This document shows positions 12,270 through 26,679 of a DNA stretch of 64,000 nucleotides, piece after piece. Position 1 is the first letter of the stretch. Every line of letters starts with the position of its first letter. Source of the DNA: Isurus oxyrinchus (lineage: Eukaryota); contig JANJGN010000095.1 in assembly GCA_026770705.1 (NCBI GenBank), positions 1,736,001 to 1,800,000 on the forward strand, in the 5' to 3' direction. Under the pieces are notes generated by a model. That model made no database searches. It saw only the letters and a list, made by a program, of their open reading frames with translations, and had not been told where the DNA came from. Position numbers and translations under genes: made by a program.

Positions 12270-13980
12270 TCAGCCCCTTTTCACCTTCAGGCCTGCTGTC
12301 GAAGCCACCATTACCCTTCAAGAGATCAACATTGTGCCACATGAACTGCAGATTTCCAGGATTCACATCTTGAATGGAAAGAGTAAAGTCACTCATTGCT
12401 CTCTATTTCTACCCAGAACAATCGAATGGCTATAAATTCAGCAGTTATGGGGCGGGGTTGGTTAAAAAGGGGACAGGAGTGATACACGTTCATTGCATGA
12501 CATCCAATTGCAAATCTCTACCAGGGTTAGGGGTGGTCACTTCCAAGTTCACAGTTCACCGTTTTCAGGTCCCTGAAACAATACATCAAAATGTGCAGCA
12601 ATCACAAACTGTAGTGCCATGTTCTTACCCAATTGCTCAACTGAGCCCTCCTGTTCTCTGTACTCAGGTACAGAGTACCTCCTGCCTCAGGGTTTCCATT
12701 TCACCCAAAGTCTCTCATAGGGCCAAGTGCGATTGTCCATCTGCCACACCTCGGACTCTGACCCCTGTTACGCATGGAGGTGGGTAAAGTGGTGTTGGAT
12801 CTGTGATGCTGGACACTCCTTGTCCATTTAGCACCCATGTACGTTCAATTGTTACCAGGTGATGCTCAGCCTTTTTTGGCGGCGAATGCAGCTGGTGAGT
12901 GGCTCTGTGTCTCATTGGCCTGATGTGGCTGTTTTCATTCTGACTGAGGGCAACGTTGAGCCTCTGCCTGATGCTACCCTTCCTCCTTCCCTCTGGCTGG
13001 CTCACTCAGCTCCTTTCCGCTGGCACTGTGTGCAGTGCCCGTTATCATCAATGCTGATCATTGCTCGGTTCCACTGGTGGGCATTGACACGTTTCCAGCT
13101 GTAGATGGTTCCTCCTGCTCCTCATCCTCCAACTTGGCCATTATTCCTGCACACAGCATTCGGCTAGTCTCCAACCCAGGCCCGGGTGAATGACACTGTT
13201 TTCCCTTTCCCTGTGGAGGGCCACTCCCAGTGTCATGGAGTCCAGTGGCAGGAGGCTGCACACTGTCCTTGGTCATCACATTCTTCACCTTCTGTGCGCT
13301 CGCTCCTGTAGTAAAGTCAGCAGCAGCGTCCAGCTGCAGGTCAATAGCTCCTTCCTTAACTCTGCAAAATTAATGTTGCAATGTCCCAGAAATCAGTCAC
13401 CTCACAATGAATACGATTGACTAAAAGTTTCTTTATATCATGCTTATCGCAGATATTAGTATCTGAATCTTTAACAGTGCAATGGTCACTGCCTTGGGCT
13501 GCGCTGTGCAGACAAGAACATAAATCATGTGCCTTAGTTCATTACGAAATGATCAACTTTGTCCTGTAGACACTCGCATAAACGGAAGTATTGAATAAAC
13601 AATTGTGCAGGCTGAATTGTAAACATTTTTCTGCTCAGTTTTACATTCTAACTTGTTTGGCATGTTCCCAGGCCTATTTATTTGTTTAGTTTCACCCTGC
13701 CAAATGGGCTCAAGTTCAGCTTCTATGTGCTATAACAGAAGAAAATAAAAATCCTACCACTGACTTTCAAAGTTTTCCCGAAGAACTTCCCTCTTCCCTT
13801 CCATTTGATGAGGCCCGTCTAATCTTCCGCTCTATCCTTCTGCTCACTCATGGCAGACAGCAGCTCAATCCTGGTCAGCAGCTCCGCGATCCAGTAAATC
13901 AGACATAACTTTCGGCTCACTGCGGCTCGTTCTGCTGGGAGCGCCGAACTCTCTGCAGCAATAAGGTCACTGAAATCCAT
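12270..13980 (-). pseudogene. BEN-domain gene copy 2, 5' exons only
   Basis: Retains the ATG at 13980 (MDFSDLIAAESSALPAERAAVSRKLCLIYWIAELLTRIELLSAMSEQKDRAED*TGLIKWKGRGKFFGKTLK) and the GT donor near 13757. The BEN exons are absent. Confidence 0.7.
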
Positions 13981-16900
13981 TTGAGAGGTGCTGATATGGC
14001 TGTAACAGATGATATTAAAAGCGGAGAAGTGTGGTAAGAAGCAGCTGATGGAGTGAGAGTTGTCAATGACAGAAAGGACTGAAAATTAGTGGCTGGAAGC
14101 AAAAACATCTGGGAACACTTAATGACAAGAATTTGGGTGACTGTACCATATTTTGTGACCTCGATTGGAACGCAAATGTTTCTAGGCCATTTTTAGCTGG
14201 ATATAATTATTAGACTTCAAGTGGGTAAAAACAGTCTGTCTACTCTTGACTGGGAAACAGTCTGTCCACTATAAACGTAGTTGAAGAAAACATCTCTCTA
14301 TGTCCGGAGATAGCATGGAGAAATGATGCAAACTATGATAATGTTTGAACAAATATCGAGCAGCATTTGAAGAGGCTCCTACAGTAGAGATAAAAACATG
14401 TAGCGAGGAACATCTCCCGAATGTGCTGGAGGTTTTGCAGGTCCCTTTGTGATGAGGACTGGCCTGTGGTCATGTTTTGTTTTTTTGCCCTGCATCCAGA
14501 AAGCAGAGAATCCAAGTTCTATACCAGGTTGCACCATGCAGGCTGACTCAGCACAGGGCCGAGTGCTGCATTGCCAGCGGCCTCATCGTGTGGATGAGGT
14601 TCCAAACTACAGTAGCCATGTACCCCACCTCCTTAAAGATCACATTCCAAGTTAAAAGCAGAGAATTATCTTACCTTGAAGTATCAAGTTAATGGACCAT
14701 TTATTTCAAAGAAAATCCGAAGAAAAGCACGATGTTTGTTTCAAGCCAATTCTTCCCCTCACCCCGTCACTGCTCACCCCTGCCCCCACAAACCCACCCC
14801 CCCCCCACCCCCACCGCCGGACCCTCTGAAGCCAACTCCATGCTAGCCTGGCTTCCATCTTCCCACCTGTTATATTCGTGCTGGCCTGACTCCCCCCTCC
14901 CCATTTCTATGGCCTATACACCCCTTCCCCAGAAAGTCCATTATAGGCCCCAATCTCTCGCATTCTCGACCCCACTCACTCAGAATCCATATGGAGCTGT
15001 TCCGATCACAAGCAGTAACGTAGCATACACCAGCACAGGAAATGGAAATACGCCTGGGAGCAGCAGGTTCTGAGGGAGTGGCCTCGGGACCACAGAATGG
15101 ATTTTTATTGTGCCCACCTTTGTGCGGCTAGGAGGAGCAAAGGCCACCCCTCCAATACCCTCCTTCCAAGAAATAGGCTGCATTCGCACTGCCTGTTCAG
15201 GTGCAAGAGGCGATGAGATGATAGTTGGAAAACCATCAATGCGCAGGGATGCGGGGAGATAGCAGAAGAATGGACCTTGTAAAAATGTTTATGTTTTAAA
15301 ATCCTTCCTTGATTGTGATTCACGCTGCTATCACTTTCAAACTTTACCATGCAGGCATAATTCCCCATTCACAACAATGCCTGAGCAGAAACATTTCTAA
15401 AAGCGACACATGTGACTGGAACAACCGTCAAAGTAGATGGGGAAGTAAGGATCACACAAATGGAGGTAGGAAAGTTAGTTGTGAAGGGGATGGAAGGATA
15501 TAGATAGGTTACGTGATTAGACTAAGAGATGGCAAATGGGATGTAAAGTAGGAAAACATGAGTTTGACCATTTTGGCAGGACAAACAAAAAGGGGCACAT
15601 ATTATAAACGGTGAGAGATTGCAGAGCTCGGAGTTACAGAGGGAACTGGGTGTCCTAATGCATGAAAGATTTTGTTCCTTTCTGCTGTTAAACTCTCCAA
15701 AGCCATTGAAATTCGGACAGTCCAGAGTGCCAAGATGGTTGTTCTTGAAAAAGGCTTCTTTCACTGAAAAAACCTTAGTTTAGTTTTAAACCTCTGTTAC
15801 TTCTGCACTGGTCATGTTGTCTCATCCATTCGCTGACACACTCTCTTCCTTTCGCCTGAAATCTCAAAATCAACTCAATCTTCCCATTTTATTCTCACTT
15901 CAGAGCTGGCAGCAGAGTGATCGTATGACAGGGAAATCATTTTGTTCCACACAAGAGGGGCACAGAAATCAGGCACTGAGGGCAGATACAGAAACACAGG
16001 GACATCATTTTAACCCGCCAGCCCCTTTCACACTCTCTGTCCTGCATAATGTTCACGTTTGCACATTCACAGGACAAAACTCCCCCAGATTGACAGTTCC
16101 CGGGATAGGCTTCCCACTCCGCTCGGCCTCTGCTATGGATTCTCCGGGGTTATTTGTAGTTTTGCAGCTCTGCTCACATTGTCTGATCCCCAGATTCGGG
16201 CTGAAACGCATCGCAGCTCTGGCTGGATTAAGACAGGTCTAATGTTACATTATTAGATCATTCACAACCAGCAATATGTTTAATTAATATGGAAATACAA
16301 ATGGTGCGATCTGGCCCTTCAGTAAGCGTATCCCACGTTGTATTATAGGGCAAGGGAGAAAAGGGAGAGAGGGCGGAGTAAAAGACAAAGTCAGGGTGAG
16401 TTCAGGAAGTGAGGCACAGACAGTCAGGCAAAGTATCGATTGCAGAATACATTGTTCAATCCAGTTTTACGAAGGTACAATTGGAACGGCAGAAGATGCT
16501 GTCTCATTTCTCACTGATATTTCATTGGAGAACAATACATTATTAATCACACTCAGGGTCAGTATCAGAGAGTGATCCAAAGCCTCATATTTAAGCCCAC
16601 TTCCCACTTCCCTTTGACTCTCTGCAGTCTTGCAGGACAGGGTTGCTAGGTATTGCTCTCAGTAACGGAGTGTTTCACTTCGATTAAATGAATCTCGGGG
16701 TCTCCCTGTCAGATATTAACTATTGCACGGTCCCAGCAAATCACTACCTCCCTCATTCTTCCCATGTTTCTGCAGGATTGCTTTCTGAAGATGGGCTCGT
16801 GAACAGCAAATCCCCTGCAGGGAATGATGCTAAATTGGAGTTGGTAAAGGGTCAAGCCCCTCACTTTTAAATGTTCTGTGATCTTTTCCCAATCACAACC

Positions 16901-17029
16901 CTTTTGCGCAGATAGTGATCTAAGTGAATTGCAGAAAAAGTTGATTCTAGTTGCTGATTTACAGCAGACATCCGCACATGACTTATTTTGTGCAACCCGA
17001 ACGCTGATTGTTCGTGAGTCAGAGAAAGA

Positions 17030-17245
17030 CAGATACAGAATCAAGACCACACTCACAGGTAGTAAGTGAGACTGATACTTACACAACTAATCCCACAATC
17101 ACAGATAATACCAGAGACTGATATTGATTGAACGAATCCCACAATCGCAGGTAGTATCAAAAACTGATATTTACAGAATCAATTCCAAAATCACAGATAG
17201 TGCCAGAGACTGATATTGATAGAACCAATCCGCACTCAGATGAAT
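17030..17245. repeat. 46-bp minisatellite, about 4.5 units
   Basis: Same unit as 6420-6765. Confidence 0.8.
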
Positions 17246-17499
17246 AGTGAAACATTGGAGGATTACAGGGAGCAGCATTCGGTGAATTGCTCTTTCAGAG
17301 GGCCAGCACAGATTAGACAGCCCGAATAGCCTTTTCCTGTGTTGTTGCTATTCCATGATTCAAATGGAAAAAACTGGAAGAACTTCGTAGCTCTGGCAAT
17401 TTCGACGTTCCGATAACAGATCTATTCGTTAAAACTTCAATTGACCTGAAGTGTGAATCCTCTCTTCCTCTCTCCACAGCAAATTTTCAACCTTTGATT

Positions 17500-18300
17500 G
17501 CAACAGTTTTTTTCGGTTATTTGAACGGTAGAAGCAGCGGAAAATGAGGTGGAAATGAGGACTCGAGTTACCTCGTTTTCCAAGAGGAAGAAGGGCACCA
17601 CTTTGAATTCGGCAGCAGCAGGAAACAAGATTATGGGTCAATTATTTTTGGAGGTGGTTTGGACACTGAGGAGGGACTAAGTCTTCTGTGACAATTGTTG
17701 GATAGGTTTTATATTGAAGGTGATTTGTTAGAAGTCTACGTAGCTTGGTCAACGTTTGATAAATTAGCGATGACAGACCATCAATCCATGGAAGAGTATA
17801 TTCTAGAGTTTAATAGGTGTTATGAGAGATTGACAAATTTTGCCCTAGATGTTCCGAGTCTGTGTTTCTATTAAAAGTACGTGATTGTACCCAAATTTCT
17901 AGAACTGACGGGGATTCCATTTCATGGAGGAGACTCTTCTAGAACAAATGGTTACTTTCCTAAAAAGAAGGTGGGCATTCATTCATTTCCGACCATTTTC
18001 AGTTCAAATGCAGACGCTTCTGCATTGATTAAAAGTATGGAGGCCTCCATGATTGCTGAATTTGGAGATCGATTGAACGTAGGTGCTGGCATCAGTACAA
18101 TTACAAGAGTTGCTGATAGGCAAACTGAAGGTGGTTGCTCTTTTAGCCAATTTTGGAATTCTGAGCAAAGGTGGGCCTAAAATGACAGTGGAGACGATTG
18201 AACCCTAGAAATTCATGGGGAATGATCAATAGTTGTTTGTTGTGATTACCAATATATTGTCCAAAGCACAACAATCAAATCTTTTCGGCAACATGTAAAA
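17500..18300 (+). mobile_element. Degenerate LTR-retrotransposon gag fragment
   Basis: Frameshifted translation gives KNEVEMRTRVTS...EEGL...LDRFY...DLLEVYVAWSTFDK...SMEEYILEFNRCYERL, then NPRNSWGMINSC leading into a decayed zinc knuckle. Confidence 0.6.
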
Positions 18301-18459
18301 TGGAGAAGACTGACGTTGAGTATGATGATGACTGGCCTGAGAATTTGGATTGGTTGATAGAAGATTGAGGCAGAGATGAACGTTTTGGTAGATGTGCGGT
18401 GCTGCAGGGCGATACCAGATTCTGCCTCGCATATTCATATGTCTTGCGGTGTAGAGAGA

Positions 18460-20150
18460 GAATCACAGAATTGTTACAGTGCAAGAATTAGGCCATTCAA
18501 CTCATCATGTCTGCAGCGGCTCTTGTGAATGAGCACCTTATCTAATGCCATTCTCCTGCCTTCTCCTCGTAACAGTGAAATTATTTATTTTCGAAGAAAG
18601 CACCAATTCCCTCTTGAATGCCTCGATTGAACCTGGCTCCACCTTCTAAAAGTCCATTCCAGACCCATCCACTCATTGGTTAAAAAAGTTATTTTTTCCT
18701 ATTACTTTTGTTTTGTTTTGCCAATTATTATAAATCTGTGCTCACTTTTTTTTATATTCCTTCCACCAATGGGAACACTTTATCCCTAACTTCCCTCTCC
18801 AGTCTCCTCAGGGTTTTGGATACTTCTATCAAAGCTCCTCCTAGATTATTTTATCCAAAGAAAAGTGTTTCAATTTCTCCTACCTCTCTTCATAACTAAT
18901 GAATCCTACATCTTAATCCCGTAAACCTCTACTGCTCTCTCTCTCCAATGACATAAATCCTTCCTAAAATGTGAGGCCTAGGACTGACCGCAGAACTCTA
19001 GTTGAGGTCTAAATACAGCTGAACATATCCTCCTTGCTTTTGTAACCTATGTTCTTATTAATAATGGTGAAGAAACTTTATACTTCATTAACTGCCCTCC
19101 CAACCTATCCTGCCACCCTTAACTATATATAGACATATACACCAATATCCCTCTGCTCCAGAACCTCTCTTGCACTTGTATGCCTTACCTTATATGCACT
19201 TTTTACCGAAGTGTACCGGCTCACATTTTGCTACTTTGAATTCATCTGCCACTTATAAACCAATTCCAGCAACTTGTATATGTCCTTTTGCAGCTCTAAA
19301 CTGCACTCCCCACAGTGCACAATGCTTTCAAGTTTTGTATCGTCCGAGAAATTTGAAATTGTTCCCTGTACACCAAGGTGTAGATCATTAATATTTTTTC
19401 AGGCGAAAGCAATGATGCCATGCAGACGTCTGGGGAATTCCAACACAAGCCATCATCCAGCTTGAAAAATATGCATAAACCATTACTTCCTGTCACTCAG
19501 CCAGTTTTGTAAATATGTTGCTACTGTCCCATTTATTCCATTGGCTACATGTTTTTTCTCACATGACTGTTGTGTGGCACTGTATCACCTGTGTTGGGAG
19601 TCCATGCACAACAATAGTTAAGCCTTTATCGACACTGTATGTTAATTTTTTTTTTAAAAAGTAGGTTAGCTATGATTTCCCATTCAGAATTCTATACTGG
19701 TTTCCTTAATTAACTTGCATATGTCCACCTCTATTAATTCTGTCGCTAATTGTACTTTCTAGAAGTTTCTGATCAGCGAATTTAAACTGACAAATCTGTA
19801 GTTTAATCCCTTGACGCTTCTTTGAGTAAGGGTGCATTGATTGAAACTTTCCAGTCATCTAGGACGATCCTTGAATCTACATAAGACCGAAACTTTATAG
19901 GCAGTACCCCTTCAATTTTTACTCTCCCGCTTCCCTCATTCGACGGCTTCCAGTGCAGCTAACCTAGCCAATACTTCCTCCTTATCAATTTTAAATCTTT
20001 TAGTGACTTTATTCCTTCCTGTTTCACTATGGCCTATCCAGCATATTCTTCCTTCGTAAAAACAGGTGCAAAGCATTCATTTATTATCTCACATGCCCTG
20101 CCGTCCCCGGAATCCTCGTTCTGGTCCCTAAACGCCCCTGCTCTCCTTCC
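18460..20150 (-). mobile_element. Old CR1 LINE fragment
   Basis: CR1 3' tail (agaatcacagaat...ggccattca) at the left end, followed by degenerate RT sequence. Confidence 0.7.
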
Positions 20151-20685
20151 GCAGAGGAACAATTTATGATGGATCAGGGCTTAGTTATCGATAGAAAATA
20201 TTGTCAAAAACGTGTCAGGACGTCCGCGCAGTTTGGGATGTGTAACAACAACTTAAATTCACTGCACTGGACATTGGAAGTTTTGGGACCTTAGCTGTTT
20301 ACTAAACTGGCGCTTCTTATTGCAGTTCCTGCCGTTCACCGGAGTTAAGGCCAACACAGAAAGGGTTTATTCTACTGTTGTAACATGTTAATGACTGTTC
20401 TCCACGTACCCTGAGTAGCAAGCACGCTGCAAATGGAAGAAACAATTCTAATCCCCGTGGAAAATCAGCAGATATGAAATACATGACACAATGTGGGACA
20501 AAGTTTTCTGATATTATTTAAATAAAACAACATGTTGTCGTGGCAGCAGAAAGGGCACGTTCTAACCGGCAACACTGGAGAAAATTTAACTATGGTCAGA
20601 ATAGGAAGAGTTTGTTTCATTTTGCATTTTGTTTTTATCAGTATCAGAATAATTGTCCAAGGAGATTTCACTATCTTCTTCAGCT

Positions 20686-23600
20686 CTACCCGGAATTTAT
20701 TTGTGTAGCTGCATAAATAAACGCGTTTGTGCAGGAACTCAAATACATGAGCATTTGTCCAGTTTGAGTGGCGATGTATGCGGGAGCTGTATAATCCGGA
20801 CGTACATGAATGAACATACCATTGACTAATGTAGAAACGACTGCTGTCAGCCACAATAGTATAAAATTACCCGATACAGTGAACAGTAATATAATCGATT
20901 TCCTTCGGTTCTGTATTTCCGGTTCACTGTGATTCTCGTTGCTGTGACCCCGGAGCTCCTTACGGGCTCGACTGGCTACTAAAATCCGTCTGACAGTCAA
21001 ACAATTAAACAGTAATATCAAAGTGAAAGGAATCCAAGTCAATGAAATACTTTGTAGCCAAGTGAATGTTACACCAATAAGAGATGTATAAAATTCCAGG
21101 CTGGGTTGGAAACCCCAGTGAACATTGTCAATTATTCGCTTAGGTTCATATGCAAACCAAAAGGGGATGCACTGTAAACACGAAAGGACAGAGATTGCTG
21201 TTAGAACTGTCACCGCAGTTCTCATTGTGCAATATCTTGTCTTAAACGTGTGAATACAGATAGATACAAAGCGTTCAAATGTGAAGCAGATTGTAAACCA
21301 GACCGAAAAATACAGGTTGACATTATTTGTGTACATTATGAACTTGCAAATGGGTGTATTTGGCAGGATTATATGTGGAAAATGCTTACTCAGGATTTGA
21401 TACACGAGAACATTATTGAGCATGACCAGTAAATCAGCTATTGCCAGGGACAACATATAGAAAGAAGTACATTTTGATAGGCCGCAGGTTCCTCTGGAGA
21501 GAATCACGATTGCCATCAGGTTCGCTGTGGGAAAAAGGGAGAGAAAGTAGCTAGCATGGACACTCACAAACATTCCACAGAATATTACTGAAAATAGTAC
21601 TGCGCATTTCTGCCTTGCATTATATACACATATCCGATTTATAATATTGGACAGTGTTCACGAAATTCCTAAAATAAATAAACGTATATGCACTCTATTG
21701 AGCTTATTTTCAAAAGCAGTATCTTTGAGAAGCTCCTAGCTGAAGCAGAGACTGGAACCAGATTTCTGGCAGTGGGATCTTCAAATTGGAAAACAGACTT
21801 CTGAGAAATGAAGCTGTGCATGTAATTGGTATGGAAATGGAAACTGATTAGGGACTATAATCAGATTGGGAGATAGGATTTCAGTCTGTGGTCAAAACAA
21901 GCAGGAGTCTAAGAAATTGAATTGCTTTTCAGCAGAACCAATGCAGGCCCAGGGGCTCTCGGTGAATCTGTGAATGGGAGCAATCTTTAAAGACTAAAAC
22001 CTGAGAAAATCTTTGAGCCAACCAGGCAAGCTGAAGAGCTGGGAGTTATTTTTGTAAGCAGAGCTGATCATACAGTGTACCAGAGAGCCATTGAATGGTG
22101 GGGTGACAGTGCTTCTGGGAAAACTCCGCCATCAGGACTGTTGTGACCCGAGTGAAAGATGCTACACAGAATTAGGCCTTGTTGATGATTATCGTAATTG
22201 AGGACTGCAGGAGCAAGGTGGAGTTGTGAGAGACACTGGGACTGAACACACTGCCAAATATGTGCTGAGGACTAGCCGAGAAATCCGTCAGATTTACAAC
22301 TGTCGGATCAGCTACTCCAACTCTAATAAACGCTTTCTACTGAATACAATTATCAATTAATTATATATTTTTGTCTATGGTTTGATTTTTTACAGTACAT
22401 GTTAAAAGAAGTGAAATCTTGACCATTGTTTCCTTCCATCGGAGTCCTATGAGAAGTTCGGTTCCAAAAGGTAATTGATTCTCAAGTGGACTGTAACACT
22501 TTGTACAGGGACTGGGACTCTGCCGTCCTCCCGGTAAATTTCAGTCTGATGTTTTCATGGTGCTGAGAGAAGGGTCACTCGAATTCAGTCTAGAGGATGG
22601 TAACGGAGAGTCGCCCCAGGCTGCTGCTACTCCGACCGACACTTATGTATTGATGCCTCAACTGGAGCTAATGTTGACGTAGCTTAATTGTGTAAAACAG
22701 GCAAAATGTGATCCAGCGTCCGTCATACATATCTCCCGATTCTCTTTCAGAGACCATTGCCAATGACATTGGATTGAGGTTTAATTTACATTTAAACTGT
22801 ACAGTGCTAGTCACCCGTGAGTACCTCACAGAGACAGTCCACTTACCGATAAAAAGTTTTGTAAAGGGAAAATGGGATATTTCTTTAACTTGTTGTATTT
22901 AAACGGTCAAATAATAAACACATTTCCTGACATATAACCTACCTGTCATCAGGCCGTTCCCGTGTGATACACCGAGTGAATTTGATAAATTGCCACTGAG
23001 GCTCCATGTTACACTAAAGAGAATTTTACAACCTGCTCCTCCTGATTATTTGGTGATGGGAATCTCGGGAGGGACACCAGATGCCAGCGGTGTACAATAT
23101 AATTTCCAATCCAATACAGGAAGCAATAAATTCTAATAAAATATTCAGCTAAAGAAAATAACTCTGCAATTTAATTCAATACATATCTATTTGACTTTTT
23201 ATAATCGCTCTGAAGGACCCGGTCATGAACTAAACGGGAACAGATGGATCTGCAAAGATTCTTTGCGAGGGAGGAATGAGGAGCAACTTCCTATTCCTCA
23301 AAATATCTTTCTGTTCTCTGCTGGCTGGAGGATGCTGCAGCACTTGGAATTATCAGTGTAAGCTCGGCAATAGGCAACATGACATCTGAGATTGTTAACA
23401 TGGACACTAAGCAACACATTCTTTAATGATCTATGAACTGTTAGAGTTGCGGCAATTCAAACCCCCTCTCCTTAAGGGTGAGGATGAAAATTAAACTCCA
23501 GGTGCCCATAATGCGCCGAGCAGAACCACGGCTCACAGGCCCTGTGAACAGTTATATTTCCCGTTGATATTCAGCATTCATCCCGGTAGAAATATGACTG

Positions 23601-23750
23601 GGCAGTGAGACATTCCCACAATCAGCCACATAACCACTAGCAGTGAAATACCCAGCAGTTACCAGCCAATAATGACTTACCGGGAATACCAAAGGCTGCT
23701 AGAATTGGATAGTAAATTTGCTTTACTTGTAGAATCGTTGGCAGGATCAT
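20686..23750 (-). CDS. Two-exon GPR139/GPR142-like class A GPCR (about 302 aa), possibly pseudogenising
   Basis: Exon 1 at 23750-23681 (MILPTILQVKQIYYPILAAFGIP, donor GTAAGT) joins in phase to exon 2 at 21524-20686 (acceptor ttcccacag; ANLMAIVILSRGTCGLSKC...ADLL...ICKF...TFERF...WIPF...NAFIY). Seven hydrophobic segments. An in-frame upstream ATG lies at 23795. Confidence 0.85.
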
Positions 23751-26679
23751 GTTTGTAGAAGAATGCGATGGATCACTCAGTTTTCTGAATTGCATTAAAG
23801 ATCCGTAACTGTTTTCCCCTTTATAGGCCAATTCATGTCGCGGTGAGGAAATCAGCTTACGCAATAATTCATGTTAGTTATAGTCACTTAACAAACAAGC
23901 GAGTAATTTACCTCTTAGAGACCCCGGTCCGTCAATTGCGAAATTGGCCAGCTCAGTTCCAGAATCTTCGTCACTTAAATTAATGTTCAGGAAGCAACCC
24001 CAGGTGGAATGTGTTCTGCGCATGCACCCCTTGAACGTGGAATGCAATACCCCTCTGTACAGTGTTGGATTCCTGGGGCTTCATATTATTCTTTTGCGAT
24101 CTTGGCTCATCCATTGCAGAATGTAAACATGTTATAGACTGTAATTCTTAAACTTAAACTTCCTGTCTTCTATGGCGAAACCTCGTGATGACTCGGCGTT
24201 ATTATTGCTGACGATGATATTGCTCTGACATTAAGAATACTGCGATGTCCGTATATTTATGCTGTTGCTATCAGTCAGCTGCTACTCATTATAAACTCTA
24301 ACATTAATAGTGGGAAACATATTGGAAAATAATCCGTGCTGACTTTAATCTATCATTAGCAATACAAACTCCACTCAAACATCGGGATGCCCTGCTCCAA
24401 CATTATTAGTTGGGAAATGCAAGCAGAAAAAGCTGGAATTCTCAGCAGATCCTGCTGCATCAGTGGAGAGTCAATCAGAGTTAATATTTCAGGTAACGGT
24501 CAGCATTGACTTTTTCAATTTCAGGTTTCCAGCATCGCCGTATTTTGTTTCTGGATTATTGTTTTTGATCCTATTCCAGAATTTTCATGGTGACTTTATT
24601 CTAGTGTTCATGGTGATATTGGCGTAACATCACTGGTGGGTACACAACTGTCGGGTTACAGGACAGACTGCTGCTCAACTCTTACTCGTGATTTCCTTTC
24701 CCTAACAATACTGTTGCTGAGGTCACAGTAGCTTTTCTTACGGTGAATTTAATATTAATGAGGAAGACCCTACTCGAGCATTAATAGCTGTGTCTGTGCA
24801 GAGAATTATTACAATATTTCGAGCTGTAACCCAATTCCAACGTTATTTTTGAGGCCTCTACGCGGTGTTATTCGTGATAAAATCATTCAAACATTGCTAG
24901 GGGTGATCCAGTGCCTCCAAGTTCTTTTCTTGTGTTGTTTTATTTCCTCCCTAAATCAGAGCGCCCGATTATAAGTAAAAATTCCGCATTGCCGTAATTA
25001 ATGCGGTTATATTTTAATCAATACTCTGGGTAAAATGGAAAGCCCCTATCATATGAAAGCGATGCTTCATGCAATCCTCTATTTCACATTTGGAGTATTT
25101 TAATGCTTTGGTTAAGTATCATGACACACGTACTCTTGGGCATAACTAAAAGAGGAATAAGAAAATTTCTCAGATACATTTAGGTTGTAACTGCGCTTGG
25201 AGAATGAAAGGGTAGCTTGACATGTCACTGAAAAAAATTTGATAGATCAGAGCAGTGTGTTATTACCTCAAACCAAATGCAGGAGGAATGTTTTTATCCT
25301 TGAATATGCACATTTGATATTGACGTTTACACCGTACACACAAAGCGGAGCCACAAAATGAAACAGCACGTCAACCTATGGAGAATACGACTGCATCCAA
25401 TTGGCGAGACACCGATTGTGTATCACACCAATCGACAGCGAACAAAACAGTTATAATTCACTTAAGCACAATGGATTTACGAACGACAATAGTCGCTTTA
25501 AAGAGAGCGGCTAAATCTAGCTATTAAACTAAGAGCACATGCAAGGGACAGCTGCACCCCATCTGCCAATAGCAATCAGTTATGCAATAGATAGCGGGTA
25601 GGAGAACAAACTCCACATGTTTCTCACTCATACACCAATCACTTAACGCATGTTTAGTTTGTTGTGAAGCAGCCATTTGTCGCATGTGACAGCGGTTAAT
25701 TCAAGGACACTGCTCTCCACATCTTGCAATCAGGTGAAAAGGCTCCTTGTGTTGCAGAAGCGAGAGGTCACTCATTCTTTCATTTAACTGGTGTTTCTTC
25801 ATTCCACCTGCTATAATTCAAAGCCATTTTGAGTAGTGAGTGTCATCCGAATTTAAATTGTGTTCGCCGCACTTGTTACTGGTTTTACAGCATCGGAGGC
25901 GACGCTTGTATCAATTTCTGCGTCAATATTATTTTTATTGTCAACCCTGCAGTGATGCATAGAGCTCGTAAACAGAGAGCGTGTCTTGCACAATTATCAT
26001 TGCCGGCAAAACAGGCCACAGCAAAGTAATAGAACTGGTATTTCACTCCTCCCAGCGTTTGTATGTAAACCGATCAAGAAAAGAGAGGGGCATGGTGGGG
26101 TGCGGTGTGGCGGGGGAGCGGGAGAATTTTTCATCCCTCACAAACATACAGGAAAAGACTGGCCACAGCTGTCCTTACAGGTTAAAAATAAACAGAGAAT
26201 CCCGAGAATACTCGGCGGGTCTAGCAGCTTCTGTAATGAGTGAAAACAAAGTTAACGTTTTTAGGTCGATGACTTGGTCAGAACTGACATACTTATTTCG
26301 TGTGTGCAGGGAATGTGCCGCAAGTTTGATTGTCCAAAAATCACGCTGAGGAATTACTTACTATCGCGATCAGGTTTCTAGGATGCTGGCGGAGGGTGAC
26401 AGGGATACGTGGGGAAGCTGGTGTGGCGGGGAACTTCTAGTCATGTCTCACATGGCGTGGATCTATAAAGCAAATTATTCCCTATTGCCTGTGGATAAAT
26501 AATCTGAAGTAAATGATTTAGATGCACTTTATACATAAAATATGTGCTAATCCCTCGGAGTGCGCATGTCTTCCATTGTCCTGATTCTTATGTATAATGC
26601 AATCAGTTATTTTGTCCGCAGTACCTGCATAGTTTGGGTAGCAGGGCATTAAAACAGGGTTACCCATAGAGTTATATAA

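Larger units (their letters stand above)
12097..17480. repeat. Segmental duplication block Y, copy 2
   Basis: Colinear with 1505-7000. It lacks the H3.3 retrocopy, has about 0.8 kb (15905-16710) missing from copy 1, and ends at the gag relic. Confidence 0.85.

Noticed and set aside
21655-22498. Possible solo LTR in the GPCR intron (tgttca...tgtaaca, AATAAA); similar LTR-like stretch at 54985-55520
   Set aside because: No TSD or second copy is visible, so the boundaries cannot be supported.
23020-23500. Harbinger-type MITE (gaattttac...gaaaatt)
   Set aside because: The terminal repeats are too degraded and there is no clear TSD.
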